DNA of 63,823 nucleotides, filler included, from Collodictyon triciliatum (Eukaryota): NCBI GenBank assembly GCA_043381765.1. It is 37 parts of 37 records of this genome, joined end to end, with 100 filler letters (N's around TTAATTAATTAA, not from the genome) between each part and the next. Parts side by side here need not be neighbours in the genome. Positions count along the whole stretch, not along the records: positions 52,291 to 53,853 come from JBHJMP010010747.1; positions 53,954 to 55,516 come from JBHJMP010010748.1; positions 55,617 to 57,178 come from JBHJMP010010749.1; positions 57,279 to 58,840 come from JBHJMP010010750.1; positions 58,941 to 60,502 come from JBHJMP010010751.1; positions 60,603 to 62,163 come from JBHJMP010010752.1; positions 62,264 to 63,823 come from JBHJMP010010753.1; 30 more parts are not named here. One strand, written 5' to 3'. Made by a program: the position numbers and the translations under genes. Below are positions 52,576 through 63,823 of the stretch, piece by piece; the stretch's first letter is position 1; every line of letters begins with the position of its first letter. The notes under the pieces are model-generated. The model saw only the letters and a program-made list of their open reading frames with translations, made no database searches and was not told the origin of the DNA.

Positions 52576-52670
52576 TTTTTTTTCCTTTATTCGATTCAAA
52601 GTGTAGCGAGGTTATGCCATACAAAGGGGTGGGATGGGAGCGCATGGGAGAGAGCAAACGCGAGTAGGGG
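52576..52670 (-). mobile_element. About 95-bp retroelement 3' end (longest copy of the micro-insertion family), in a purN intron
   Basis: Minus strand ends ...GGCATAACCTCGCTACACTTTGAATCGAATAAAGGAAAAAAAA, followed by an A-rich tail. Confidence 0.8.
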
Positions 52671-52741
52671 TCTTCTTTTTTCTTTTTCTTTTTCTTTTTC
52701 TCTTTTTCTCTTTTTCGGGTCAGGTCGGATTGGATTCTTAC

Positions 52742-52954
52742 AGGATGAAGGTTGATTATTTTTCTCGGAAACTGGTCGATCAACGTTGCGGTGACAATAT
52801 GCATGAAACCAGCCAAGACAATCAAAGTGGGTTGGAACTCGGCAATCTTCAATCCTAAATCTCGATCATAGTCCTCACGAGATTTTCCAGCCTTTTGATT
52901 ATAGAAATGATTATTCAAACGTATAATATGCCAATATATGCGAAATAACTATTA

Positions 52955-53046
<92 letters not shown>

Positions 53047-53594
53047 GACTATGACTATGACTATTATTATGATTATTAGACGTAGTGGCTTAAACATAGG
53101 AGTCAAAATGACTCCAAAAGTAAAACAAGCGAAAACAAGAGAAAGTAAGAGAAATGGCTGGGATGATGAGATAGATTAGATCTGATTTGAAGGTTGTAAT
53201 CATACGTCTTTGTAAGGCTTGAGGGGAAAGTATAGTGTAGGAATATTTTCCCTTTGGGCTCGCTGCAGGCCAAATGCTTCCTTTCTGTTGGAAATAACGG
53301 CTGCGATGCGCGCTTGCAAAGAGCCGCCCTTGACTGCGTCAATAATTGCTTGCAGGTTCGATCCGCCACCGCTGATCAAAACAACGAGCGTTGCTACATC
53401 TACAGAGATGGTTTTCGCAGATAAGAATATTTTCTTTTTTAAAAAAAAAACAATTAATTCTATCATGTGTTTTCTTCTCTTTTTTTATTTCCTTTTCGAT
53501 TTTCCAAAAAAAAAAAACCCCCGCTTTACAACTTTTACGTATAAAGAGATAGTAGAAAACAGAAGAAAGTCTATCAGCCTTGTTGTTGGTCCAT
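52742..53594 (-). CDS. purN: Phosphoribosylglycinamide formyltransferase (PurN/Ade8 type), 5' exons
   Basis: VVLISGGGSNLQAIID, VISNR..AFGLQRA, REDYD, LIVLAGFMHI and IINLHP. The first exon (MDQQQ) is tentative. Confidence 0.92.
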
Positions 53595-53977
53595 GTTGTC
53601 TGATCAGAAGGTCGGGAGTTTTTTCTGCTGCCTACGTTTGAAAATGAAATGGAGTTATATGTGCATAAAAGCTTGTCAGGAGCGGCAGCGTCTCTGTGGC
53701 AGCGGTGGGCATTCTGTGGCTGTGTCCGGAGAGCAGATTCATTCCCGTGGCTGGTTGCGGATCATTTTTTTTTTTTTTTTTATTCTTCCTTTCAACTTTT
53801 GTGCAGGACCGAGGGGGGGGGGTGGTTTTGGCTCCCTTGCCCTTCACCTTATGNNNNNNNNNNNNNNNNNNNNNNNNNNNNNNNNNNNNNNNNNNNNTTA
53901 ATTAATTAANNNNNNNNNNNNNNNNNNNNNNNNNNNNNNNNNNNNNNNNNNNNTAGCAGCTCCTGATGAGACTTGCT

Positions 53978-55405
53978 ACGGGATTATACCACGGGATTAT
54001 GATACTGGATAATGCCACGGTATTATGATACGGGATTATGATACGGGATTATGATACTGGATTATGCTACGAGATTATGCCACGGGATTTTACTACGGGA
54101 TTATGGTATGGGATTATGCCACGGGGTTATGCCACGGGATTATGATACCACGGGATTATGCCACGGGATTATGACACGGGATTATGATACGGGATTATGA
54201 TACGGGATTATAATACAGGATTATGCCACGGGATTATGACACGGGATTATGCCACGGGATTATGCCACGGGATTATGCACGAGATTATGGCACGGGGTTA
54301 TGACACGGATTAAGCCACGGGATAATGCTACGGGATTATGCCACGGGATTATGGTACGGGATTATGCCACGGGATTATGGACGGGATTATACTGCGGGAT
54401 TATGACACGGGATTATGACACGGGATTATGGTACGGGATTATGACACTGATTATGACACGGGATTATGCTACGGGATTATGCCACCACGGGATTATGCCA
54501 CGGGATTATGCCACGGGATTATGACACTGGATTATGCCATGGGATTATGACACGGGATTATGACACGGGATTATGACACGGGATTATGACACGGGATTAT
54601 GCACAGGATTATACTGCGGGATTATGCCACGGGATTATGCCACGGGATTATGGCACGAGATTATGAAACGTGATTATGGCACGGTATTTTGACATGGATT
54701 ATGCCACGGGATTATGATACGGGATTATGATACGGGATCATGACACGGGATTATGATACGGGATTATGCTATGGGATTATGCCATGGGATTATGCCACGA
54801 GATTATGCCACGGGATTATGTCACTACGGGATTATGATACGGGATCATGATACGGGATTATGACACGGGATTATGGCACGAGATTATGAAACGTGATTAT
54901 GATACGGGATTATGATACGGGATTATGCCACGGGATAATGACACGGGATAATGACACGGGATTATGCCACGGGATTATACACGGGATTATACCACGGGAT
55001 TATGACACGTGATTATGCACGGGATTATGATACGGGATTATGACACGGGATTATGATACGGGGTTATGACACAGGATTATGCCACGGGATTAAGATACAG
55101 GATTATGACACGGGATTATGATACAGGATTATGCCACGGGATTATACACGGGATTATGGCATGGGATTATGATACGGGATTATGATACTGGATTATGCCA
55201 CGGGATTATGCCACGGGATTATACACGGGATTATGGCATGGGATTATGATACGGGATTATGATACTGGATTATGCCACGGGATTATGCCACGGGATTATG
55301 CCACGGGATTATGACACGGGATTATGCCACGGGATTTGTCACGGGATTATGATGCGCGATTATGATGCGCGATTATGATACGGGATTATGCACAGGATTA
55401 TGCAA
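53978..55405. repeat. 13-bp minisatellite GGGATTATG-NN-AC, about 110 units
   Basis: Conserved GGGATTATG core with a variable dinucleotide (AC, AT, CC, CT, GC, GT) and occasional 12- or 16-bp units. Confidence 0.95.
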
Positions 55406-55864
55406 GGGTTTACTATATCACTGAGTGGGATGGTTTGTGTTTGTATCATATATGATTTTTCTCTTTTTCTCTTTTTCTCTTTTTTTTTCTTTTTTTCTTT
55501 TTTTTTATTTTTTTCTNNNNNNNNNNNNNNNNNNNNNNNNNNNNNNNNNNNNNNNNNNNNTTAATTAATTAANNNNNNNNNNNNNNNNNNNNNNNNNNNN
55601 NNNNNNNNNNNNNNNNTAGTAATAGTAATAGTAATAGTAATAGTAATAGTAATAGTAATAGTAATAGTAATAGTAATAGTAATAGTAATAGTAATAGTAA
55701 TAGTAATAGTAATAGTAATGATAATAATTAGACGATGTTTATTGGTCAAATAACACCATGCTTCTCTTAAACTGTATTTTTCAATTCTTTATGGCTCACA
55801 TTAGCGCTACATTTTGAATTAAGTACATTTTACATCTAAAATATTTGTATGGTTTATTGTAAAG

Positions 55865-57058
55865 GCAACTCGAAGAGAAAAAAGTGCATCATTAGCTCAG
55901 TCTGGCAAAATAGCGAAGATATATATTCGCTTGGGTAATTGAGTGGTTTCATTTATTTTTCCATTCTGATTTTGTTCGTATCAGACTGGTCTAATTATTT
56001 ATCACTTCCCTTTCTTCATTACTTCGATTTATTAAACTCTAATGATATCGTTAATCAGCTGAAAGCACACTGCTTCTTCTTTCACACCTTGCAAACTTAC
56101 ACTTGGAGCCGTTTATGGGACCGGAGCTTATAGACAGGTTTTCAATATATATATATATTTCAGAATCTAACTTTCACTCTAACAAACATATCAGAAACTG
56201 TCACCTAATCCGACCTGTTACCTCTTGCAGAGCATAATATAGCTCATCGTGAATAGTAGTGTTTCTAACTTTTAACTGATTCCACGAACAATCGAATAGA
56301 ATGGCGGCTACATTGGATTACTATATAGTTAAATTCGTTGGTCCAGGGGTGCAGAACTTGAAGGTCAAAGATCCGGAGAGATTTGGCTTCAATCCTCGAA
56401 CTATATTGACGTTACTGTCTGAAGTGTATGTCGAGTTAGTTGGAGACGGTCGCTTCCTCACCGCAGTACGATTTCTTCAATTATTATACTACGATTTTGT
56501 GTTCATCTGATTTTTTATTATTTTTTTTTTTTTTGTGGAAGAATTTGTGTAGGTTCTGTATTTATATTTTCTTGATTGAACATTTTAATTCGTAGGTTGC
56601 TCGGGACGATAGATCCTGCAAGCCGAACGTCTTCCGTTCTGCCACTGTCATTCTTCGAACACGCCACCTAATCCCTTCGGTACGCATAGGAGACAATATA
56701 TGTTAAATGCAACCATATCTTTTACATCATCAGCTTAAACAATCATAAATACAGCATGTTAAAAAATGTATTCTTTTCCCGCTCTCTTTCAAAATAGCAA
56801 AAAATCGATCTTTTTGAAACCTTTATTCAAAAGTTGGAGGATGAAATACTGAAGAAGAAATCTGAGGACGAAGAACTGGGAGACGTCCCCGAAGAATTTT
56901 GCGGTGTGGTTTAATTTACACGGACATGGAACAGGACACATGATAATCGAAATATCAATCATTATTTCAACACGCCACCAAATCACCATAGACCCCATCA
57001 CTGCTTGTATCATGCAAGACCCTGTTGTTTTGCCTGCCTCAGGAACCACCATGGATAG
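55865..57058 (+). CDS. UFD2: Ubiquitin conjugation factor E4 (UFD2/UBE4), C-terminal exons including U-box start
   Basis: PFMGPELIDR|MAATLDY...VGP...LKVKDPERFGFNPR, VARDDRS and LGDVPEEFCD|PITACIMQDPVVLPASGTTMDR. Confidence 0.93.
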
Positions 57059-57501
57059 GTAGTATTTGACGAAGGATAGTAAAAAAGAAAAAAAGAAAAA
57101 AAGAAAAAAAGAAAAAAAGAAAAAAAGAAAAAAAGAAAAAAAGAAAAAAAGAAAAAAAGAAAAAAAGAAAAAAAGAAANNNNNNNNNNNNNNNNNNNNNN
57201 NNNNNNNNNNNNNNNNNNNNNNTTAATTAATTAANNNNNNNNNNNNNNNNNNNNNNNNNNNNNNNNNNNNNNNNNNNNAAATGCATGTATGCAATATACT
57301 GTTTGAAAGATTCACAAGTGCAAAATTTCTGAGAGTCGACACCTTGATGAAAGAGGAATTCATTAACAAGAAGAGTCACATAGAGAGAGGAAAAAAAAGG
57401 AGGAGACATTTGGATGAGATAAATGAAATTTAAGCGTGATGAAGCGAACCCTACTTAAAATTAGCTTGTGAAATAATCAGATTTAACCAATATTCACTTA
57501 C

Positions 57502-58766
57502 TTTTTGTCGACATATCAATGTACATGTAGAACGTTTTTAGTATAAGCTTGCACATCACCTCTGACAACTATAATAGAATAGTGTTACCTTTAAAAGTTT
57601 TTGATGATGTTTTTGTTATTGTCATTACATTCTAATTAACTTGACAGATTAAAAAAATTAAAAAAAATTAAAAATAAGCACACAATTATCCGCAGAATGC
57701 TGTAAGTGGTCCAACCTGACACGGGTCTGTAATTCTTTCTAAGCCTGGAATAAGGTCGATGTTCATCGAAAGAGTACCCCAGTTTCGGTCCCTTTGATTC
57801 TAATGTATTTGGAATGAGGCGCTCTATTCTATCCGCTATTTGAGAAAATATAGAAGATAGATTGTAAGCATACCTTGACGCTTTGCATAATCAACTCGTC
57901 AGTCTCATTAAATCCGTCCTTTTGGTACAATAGAGTGTTCTATAAATTATAAATTAATTGTGTATGTCGAGCTTTTTTCTTTAAAAAAAAAAGTTAGAAA
58001 TCTCAGAAATTTGGTTTCAAGTTGTCTCAGTAAAAGAGTACAATATTTTTCTTGTGCATCTGGGATAAAGCCTCCGTGCGCAACAGATTGTTCATCGTCT
58101 TATTAACTGGAATTATAGATGTTCAATTACGTCGAAAATCAGTATTGTCACTTCTGCATTCAAACGTAGCTTAAATATTTAGTTGCACATTTCGTTCATT
58201 TGTATATACAGAAGAAATTTTTATGCTTCTGGGGAAAAAGTAACACCAAAAGCTCTACCATTCGCAAGGGCTTCGGGTTTCTCAAGCATGGTCTGATTGG
58301 CTGCGCATATTTCACTGAGATAATTTTCAGGTTAGACGTGAAACTCAAATGAAAGATTTAGCAGAAAAGAAAAAAAAATAGCTATACAAAACCATACTTT
58401 ATATATGACACCCAGACTTCGCGTTCGGGGAAGGACCAAAAGCAAAAAGTGATTTCCTCTTTAGACATAATTCTAATACAGGGCATTCCTAGTTTATGAA
58501 GATAAAGTTTTATTGTAAGTTAATATTATATCGATGAATTTAATACTTTATATCGAATAAAGGGAAACAATATCGATAAAGTTAAATTTTGTGAGCTCAA
58601 CAGATATGGAAAAATGAAACAAAATTGCTGATAATTACTTAAAACTAGAGATATTGATAATTAATATGTAGTTCAATGCAAGACCTGGTGGAACCAAAAC
58701 TCTATAGTTGTATTCCTCACACCTTTGGATTTTATCGAGCTTGACAATCGGTTTGAATTCTTCAGA
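57502..58766 (-). CDS. Uncharacterised multi-exon gene, possibly PH-domain-like
   Basis: Several short GT-AG-bounded exons, e.g. FKPIVKLDKIQRCEEY and CIRIMSKEEITFCFWSFPEREVW. Confidence 0.35.
58544..58569 (+). mobile_element. 26-bp older retro-insertion with 16-bp TSD, in an intron
   Basis: TACTTTATATCGAATAAAGGGAAACA between ATATCGATGAATTTAA (58528-58543) and ATATCGATAAAGTTAA (58570-58585). Confidence 0.6.
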
Positions 58767-59831
58767 CTAAGGGTATATGAAAAATGAACGATATTCCGCA
58801 AAAAAAAAAAAAATAGGTGGCATTCTATGACAGATTCTTTNNNNNNNNNNNNNNNNNNNNNNNNNNNNNNNNNNNNNNNNNNNNTTAATTAATTAANNNN
58901 NNNNNNNNNNNNNNNNNNNNNNNNNNNNNNNNNNNNNNNNAGAACAAAGGAACTGTTGCGGCTCAAGAGTCGTTTTTTTTTTTTTTTTTGTTCTTTCACC
59001 ACAATGTTTCCTGTAGAACACCCTTGAAATGAGCGAGGCAACGATGAACTACATGGCCATGAAAACAAACAGCAAGGCTCGCCGATAGATATATATATTT
59101 GTGTTTATTACTTTGGCTTCTAATATTTGTCTATACTGGTTTTTTATTTTTTTTATTTTGTTTTTTGTTGTTGTTGGTATTTGTGCCATCCAATATATTT
59201 TATTTCTGATGTTTGACACCTTAAACCATCCACAAAGGATATTCTGGGTAGGACATCAAATTGCTTTGCAAAGAATCGGCCATGCGAACATTTCGATAGA
59301 TTATGGCTCGCCTTGAGAGATTAGAGCCCGACCACGTTCTTGAAAGAGATATGCATAAAAATAAAAATCATATCATTTGTAACGAAAATAAATGACATGT
59401 GTGTATTATTTATAAAGACTCCGGTTACTCATCTTTCAAGAAAAAAAATATGACAAATGATGATTTCTCTCCTTTTACTTGATTCGAAGAAGAAGAAAAA
59501 ATGATATAATTACGGCATGGCTGTATAAACAATAACAGCTGCCTATCGACAGAGCAGTAAAGCCCAAATGCATATGGACCTAAAATGAGCCAAATAGGCT
59601 TTCCAGAGAAAACGAGTGGGTGACAAACTCCTGCAACGAGAAGAAAACAAAAAAAATTTTTTATTCTTCCTTTCAATTTTGTGCAGGATGGTGGGATGTT
59701 GGCAACGAGAAAAAAAAATGGAGTATATAAAATAAAAACAACGATTCATGCAGCGTGTACATCGATTTGAATCAATTAAATTCATGATTGAAATGCAAAA
59801 TGATAGAATGTTCTTGTAATCACAAACTCGC

Positions 59832-60314
59832 GCTAGGCTTCTCAAACAGGCTTCGTTTGGCAGGATTCTCACGTTGCGTCTGCTTCATTCCGAATGCTGG
59901 CGTCTTGTGATAAAAACCTGATGAAAACGAACCAAGGCGTACATCTAAAGAAACCATGATAGAAAAATCATCAGCTTCACATAATTTATGAAGCAGCGTG
60001 CAAGAGCGTGCATCCAAACACTCCGTTCACTTAGATATTCAACCGAAAATTACACGAAATACAATGATGAAAAAGATTATGAAAAACTGGATAAACTCAA
60101 CGTACGCTGCTATGTCATAATTCCTCGCAAGATTTTACGATGGGACAGTCCACTTCGACGATTGAACGCGGGTCTTGAACAACCTCCATGATTTTTGAGC
60201 GGGCAAACTGGTCGAACGACGCGATCTGCTGCTGCACAAGCGAATGCTCTTCAAAGTATGCGCTGATGACTGGCCACACGTTCTCCTGAGTGATAAAATC
60301 ATCGCCGTCGAGAT
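59832..60314 (-). pseudogene. Divergent RPB2-like (RNA polymerase second-largest subunit) N-terminal fragment with in-frame TGA
   Basis: Exon 60314-60139 reads ITQENVWPVISAYFEEHSLVQQQIASFDQF. Exon 59944-59832 reads FHQVFITRRQHSE*SRRNVRILPNEACLRSL, compared with RPB2 ..PNEARLRNLT. Confidence 0.75.
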
Positions 60315-60408
60315 CTGGGTTTAAGAACAGGCCAACAAGTTAAAAAAATGCTGAACAGACTTCTTGCTAGAACAAATGAAAGGCAATGTTGTGATTGGGA
60401 AATGAAAA

Positions 60409-60500
<92 letters not shown>

Positions 60501-60602
60501 AANNNNNNNNNNNNNNNNNNNNNNNNNNNNNNNNNNNNNNNNNNNNTTAATTAATTAANNNNNNNNNNNNNNNNNNNNNNNNNNNNNNNNNNNNNNNNNN
60601 NN

Positions 60603-61920
60603 ATTCCAGCATGGACCCAGAAGCACTTGGAGCTCGTGTTCATCTTCTGGATTTGTCACTCCGGCTTTACGCTCGGCTCTATTCCAATGTACTAACTTCT
60701 GGGGGAGAGGCACCACTTAAGGTTCATGTTGATTCCATCAAGGCAAACATATTCATCGGCCGTATCCTGGCTGCTGGGTTAGAGTGGTTCTGCATCAAAC
60801 CACAGTAATTCTTTTTTTCTTTGTTTTTTTAAAATTATTTAAAATCTCATATTTTTCCTTTTTTTTTTTTAACATACAATTGTATATAATTGCATATCAC
60901 GCGATTAGTGAGAAAAAATAATTATATCTCTCAGACATCAACTTTGCTAGATTTTGAGACTAGTTTTTACTTCTCTGCTTATAGATGGCAGGATGCCAAC
61001 GACAACTCTACTTTGATACGAAACGTTAGAGCCATGAACTCATTTTGCAAGAAACTTCAACACATCACCATCAGTACATGATTATTTTTTTTTTTACTCG
61101 CATGTTCATGTTATAGCACACAAATTCAAAAGTAGAAAAAATAATCTTGGAAATACTTAGATACAAATATATATCTTACTAAACATAATTTGTAGCTTGC
61201 TCGGAAACCATGTCAAATATCAATCCAAAAGGTCTGCAAACTATTATATACTACCATGATAAATCTCCATTGGTCAATTTATTATGAGTCAAAACCTATT
61301 TTAAAATAGACTGAAATTATCTCCCCAAGATGTTGCCATCAATCCCTGAACCCTTTCATTTTAATAGATACGCCCTTTTTGCTATCCGACGCCGCCTTAA
61401 GTGGAAGGAAAGATTTGCTGGTTCTTCTTCTTTCCAATGAAGTGGACCGCATTTTAGTATGGTACAATCCAAGACTAGACCCAAAGAAGTGTATTGCAGA
61501 TGTTTCTTTTTCTAATGCAGAGACTCAATACCAGGTGTTTTATTGTAAAGTAGTAATAAATTTAAGGCGTATTTGAATCAACGCAGACATAATTCTCATT
61601 CCATCAAGTTATTTATATTCGTCACTTATCTTTTGTGCATCATAGAAAAATGCAAAGAACTATATTAACACTGCATGGAGGTTTTCTCCTTCTCTGGCTT
61701 TGTATCTATGTGAAAGATTCTGTCATATCGGGACAAGGTAACAAGGCACATTATAGTGCTATGATACTTCTAATATGCCTAAATCCTTCTAATCACCACA
61801 TTTAGCAACGACCTGGAGCACTTGGTTCGAGCTCACCCGTATGCACTCCTTGAAAATGCAGATGTCCTTTCATATATGATAAACGAAACCAGTGTCAAAA
61901 AAGGGGATGCTTTATTGGAG
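60603..61920 (+). CDS. PI4KA: Phosphatidylinositol 4-kinase alpha (Stt4/PI4KA), internal exons
   Basis: RILAAGLEWFCIKPQ|W, RKDLLVLLLSNEVDRILVWYNP, TAWRFSPSLALYLCERF and LEHLVRAHP. Confidence 0.82.
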
Positions 61921-62263
61921 GTTCGTTCCAAACAATTTATTGCTATCAATATTTTTCTTAAAAAAAAGATAAATTGAAAACAAGTATGATACTGTAAAGT
62001 TAGGTATATAGCTGTTCAAAATATATATGATGTTAATAAATATATTCAACACGATTTCTATTATTATTGTTATTATTATTGTTATTATTATTGTTATTAT
62101 TATTGTTATTATTATTGTTATTATTATTGTTATTATTATTGTTATTATTATTGTTATTATTATNNNNNNNNNNNNNNNNNNNNNNNNNNNNNNNNNNNNN
62201 NNNNNNNTTAATTAATTAANNNNNNNNNNNNNNNNNNNNNNNNNNNNNNNNNNNNNNNNNNNN

Positions 62264-62358
<95 letters not shown>

Positions 62359-62445
62359 TTGCATCTACCCTTTTAATCCTTTTGATTCGTTACTGAAGCT
62401 CTTATTAAATTTTATTAATCGGAAATTCCTTTGAAACAATATGCA

Positions 62446-63045
62446 GGAAAAAACTTCAAACCCCGTAAACCTGTACCTGGAAATTCATTCAGCCCAGTGC
62501 ACAACCAAACCACTTACAGTCAACCTGAATACACCCACCATCCACAAAACTATGCAGCATGTATGTCATATCCTGGGCCTTGCTTTACTAGATGTATCTT
62601 ACTGCTGTATCTATTATCAGATAAATTTATCTTCATTCAGCTTTTAACATTTTATCCAACAGCCCCTGATATGGGTACATATCCATCCTATGACCCAGCC
62701 TACCCTACCATGCAATATCAGGGTGCTTATATGTACGGTCCTATGGTGAGGGCATTATATCATGTATCAGGCAATTATTTCTTGACAATAATGTATGCCT
62801 TTGTGTCCATATTATGTTCATAAATGGCACGAATGAGCCAAATAACTCAAGTTTCCATATATTAGGTGTATCCCCCGATGGAACATCCCCAATCATACGT
62901 AATACTGCATCTTTGTTTGAGATTTTACATCATTCATATAATTGCATATTTTTTGTGCGTGTTGCTTGGATTAGTAAGATAGGTTTCACTTTATTGATTG
63001 ACAGGCCGGATATTACCCCAATCCCGCTCCCCAGACGGGTTACAG
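62446..63045 (+). CDS. Exons of an uncharacterised Tyr/Pro/Gln-rich low-complexity protein
   Basis: Short AG/GT-bounded exons such as TTYSQPEYTHHPQNY and DMGTYPSYDPAYPTMQYQGAYMYGPM. Confidence 0.4.
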
Positions 63046-63752
63046 TACGGCTTTGATTCATTAGTTAACAGAGTTTTACTCAAATATACTTGTAGTTCTT
63101 TTACCTCTTTCATACATAAATTCTTCAATTCGAGTGATGATTCTCACTTTCTTATTTTCTGGTCCCCAATACCTCACTCTAAAGATTATATGAAGACCTA
63201 AATTATTTCCAACATAGACGGCTATTCACACGAATACGACAGCGGATATCGCGTACTTCTTTAACAATTGACCTAAAAAAAAATTCTGACATTTTTGACA
63301 TCAAATATGGATGTTTGATCACCAAATATTACACTAAAATTTCTCTTGGCTGCAATTTAGTTCCCTCATCAGACTGGTAACATTTGCGTCATTTTTACTT
63401 TGTTTCACTTTACTATGCTTAAATATGCACCACTGCCATTTCACCTTTTTTACGCAAAGAGCTGGTTAATGGGTTGTTCTTGTTTCTCTAAACACATTTT
63501 TTTTCTTTTTTCTTTTTTTTTAAAAAAAAAGGCCCGTATTCCCCACACAGCAAACCGAAGGTAATGACAAAAACAATAAAGCTTGGTAAGAAGTACACAC
63601 TGGTCTTATTATTATTATTTTCAACTTGAATACTTTACTCTGCAGGGTGTTTACCAACAACGCTACAACACCCACGAAGTAAGACATCTTCATCATGATA
63701 TTCTACCTAAAAAAATACCAAAAAATATGTATACTCTTTTTTCTTTTTCTTT

Positions 63753-63823
<71 letters not shown>

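Noticed and set aside
53978..55405. CRISPR array or coding repeat
   Set aside because: The variable part is only about 2 nt, there are no cas genes, and the 13-bp unit with indels produces frequent stops.

Overview
This window is not one locus. It is about 40 short (~1.5 kb) contigs joined by an artificial N-run/TTAATTAATTAA/N-run spacer, plus one ordinary gap at 9924-10574, so adjacency across spacers means nothing. Most contigs come from an AT-rich, intron-rich, microsatellite-rich eukaryote. It is probably a flagellated protist, since it has an ARMC2-like gene and a nucleus-encoded, spliced CcmE (cytochrome c maturation System I). Spliced gene fragments reconstructed by hand include ATG8 (complete), CcmE, RPC3, a Rab5/22-type GTPase, two USP deubiquitinases, CCDC25, bubblegum-type acyl-CoA synthetase, MPST/rhodanese, a VWA protein, an RluA pseudouridine synthase, PurN, UFD2/UBE4, PI4K-alpha, an LRR-ROC-COR (Roco) protein, a TKL pseudokinase and a divergent RPB2-like fragment. 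Also present are tRNA-Phe(GAA), decayed LINE fragments, a Cys-rich repeat protein, satellites and one apparently bacterial glycosyltransferase contig. Most notable: frequent GC-AG introns and AAG acceptors; 25-95 bp retro-insertions with 15-16 bp target-site duplications; two in-frame TGA codons in otherwise open frames while every verified host stop is TAA; a 520-codon Ser-Gln repeat that looks like a microsatellite; and a CCDC25 with GTG where the initiator Met is expected. All family calls are from motif recognition, not database searches.
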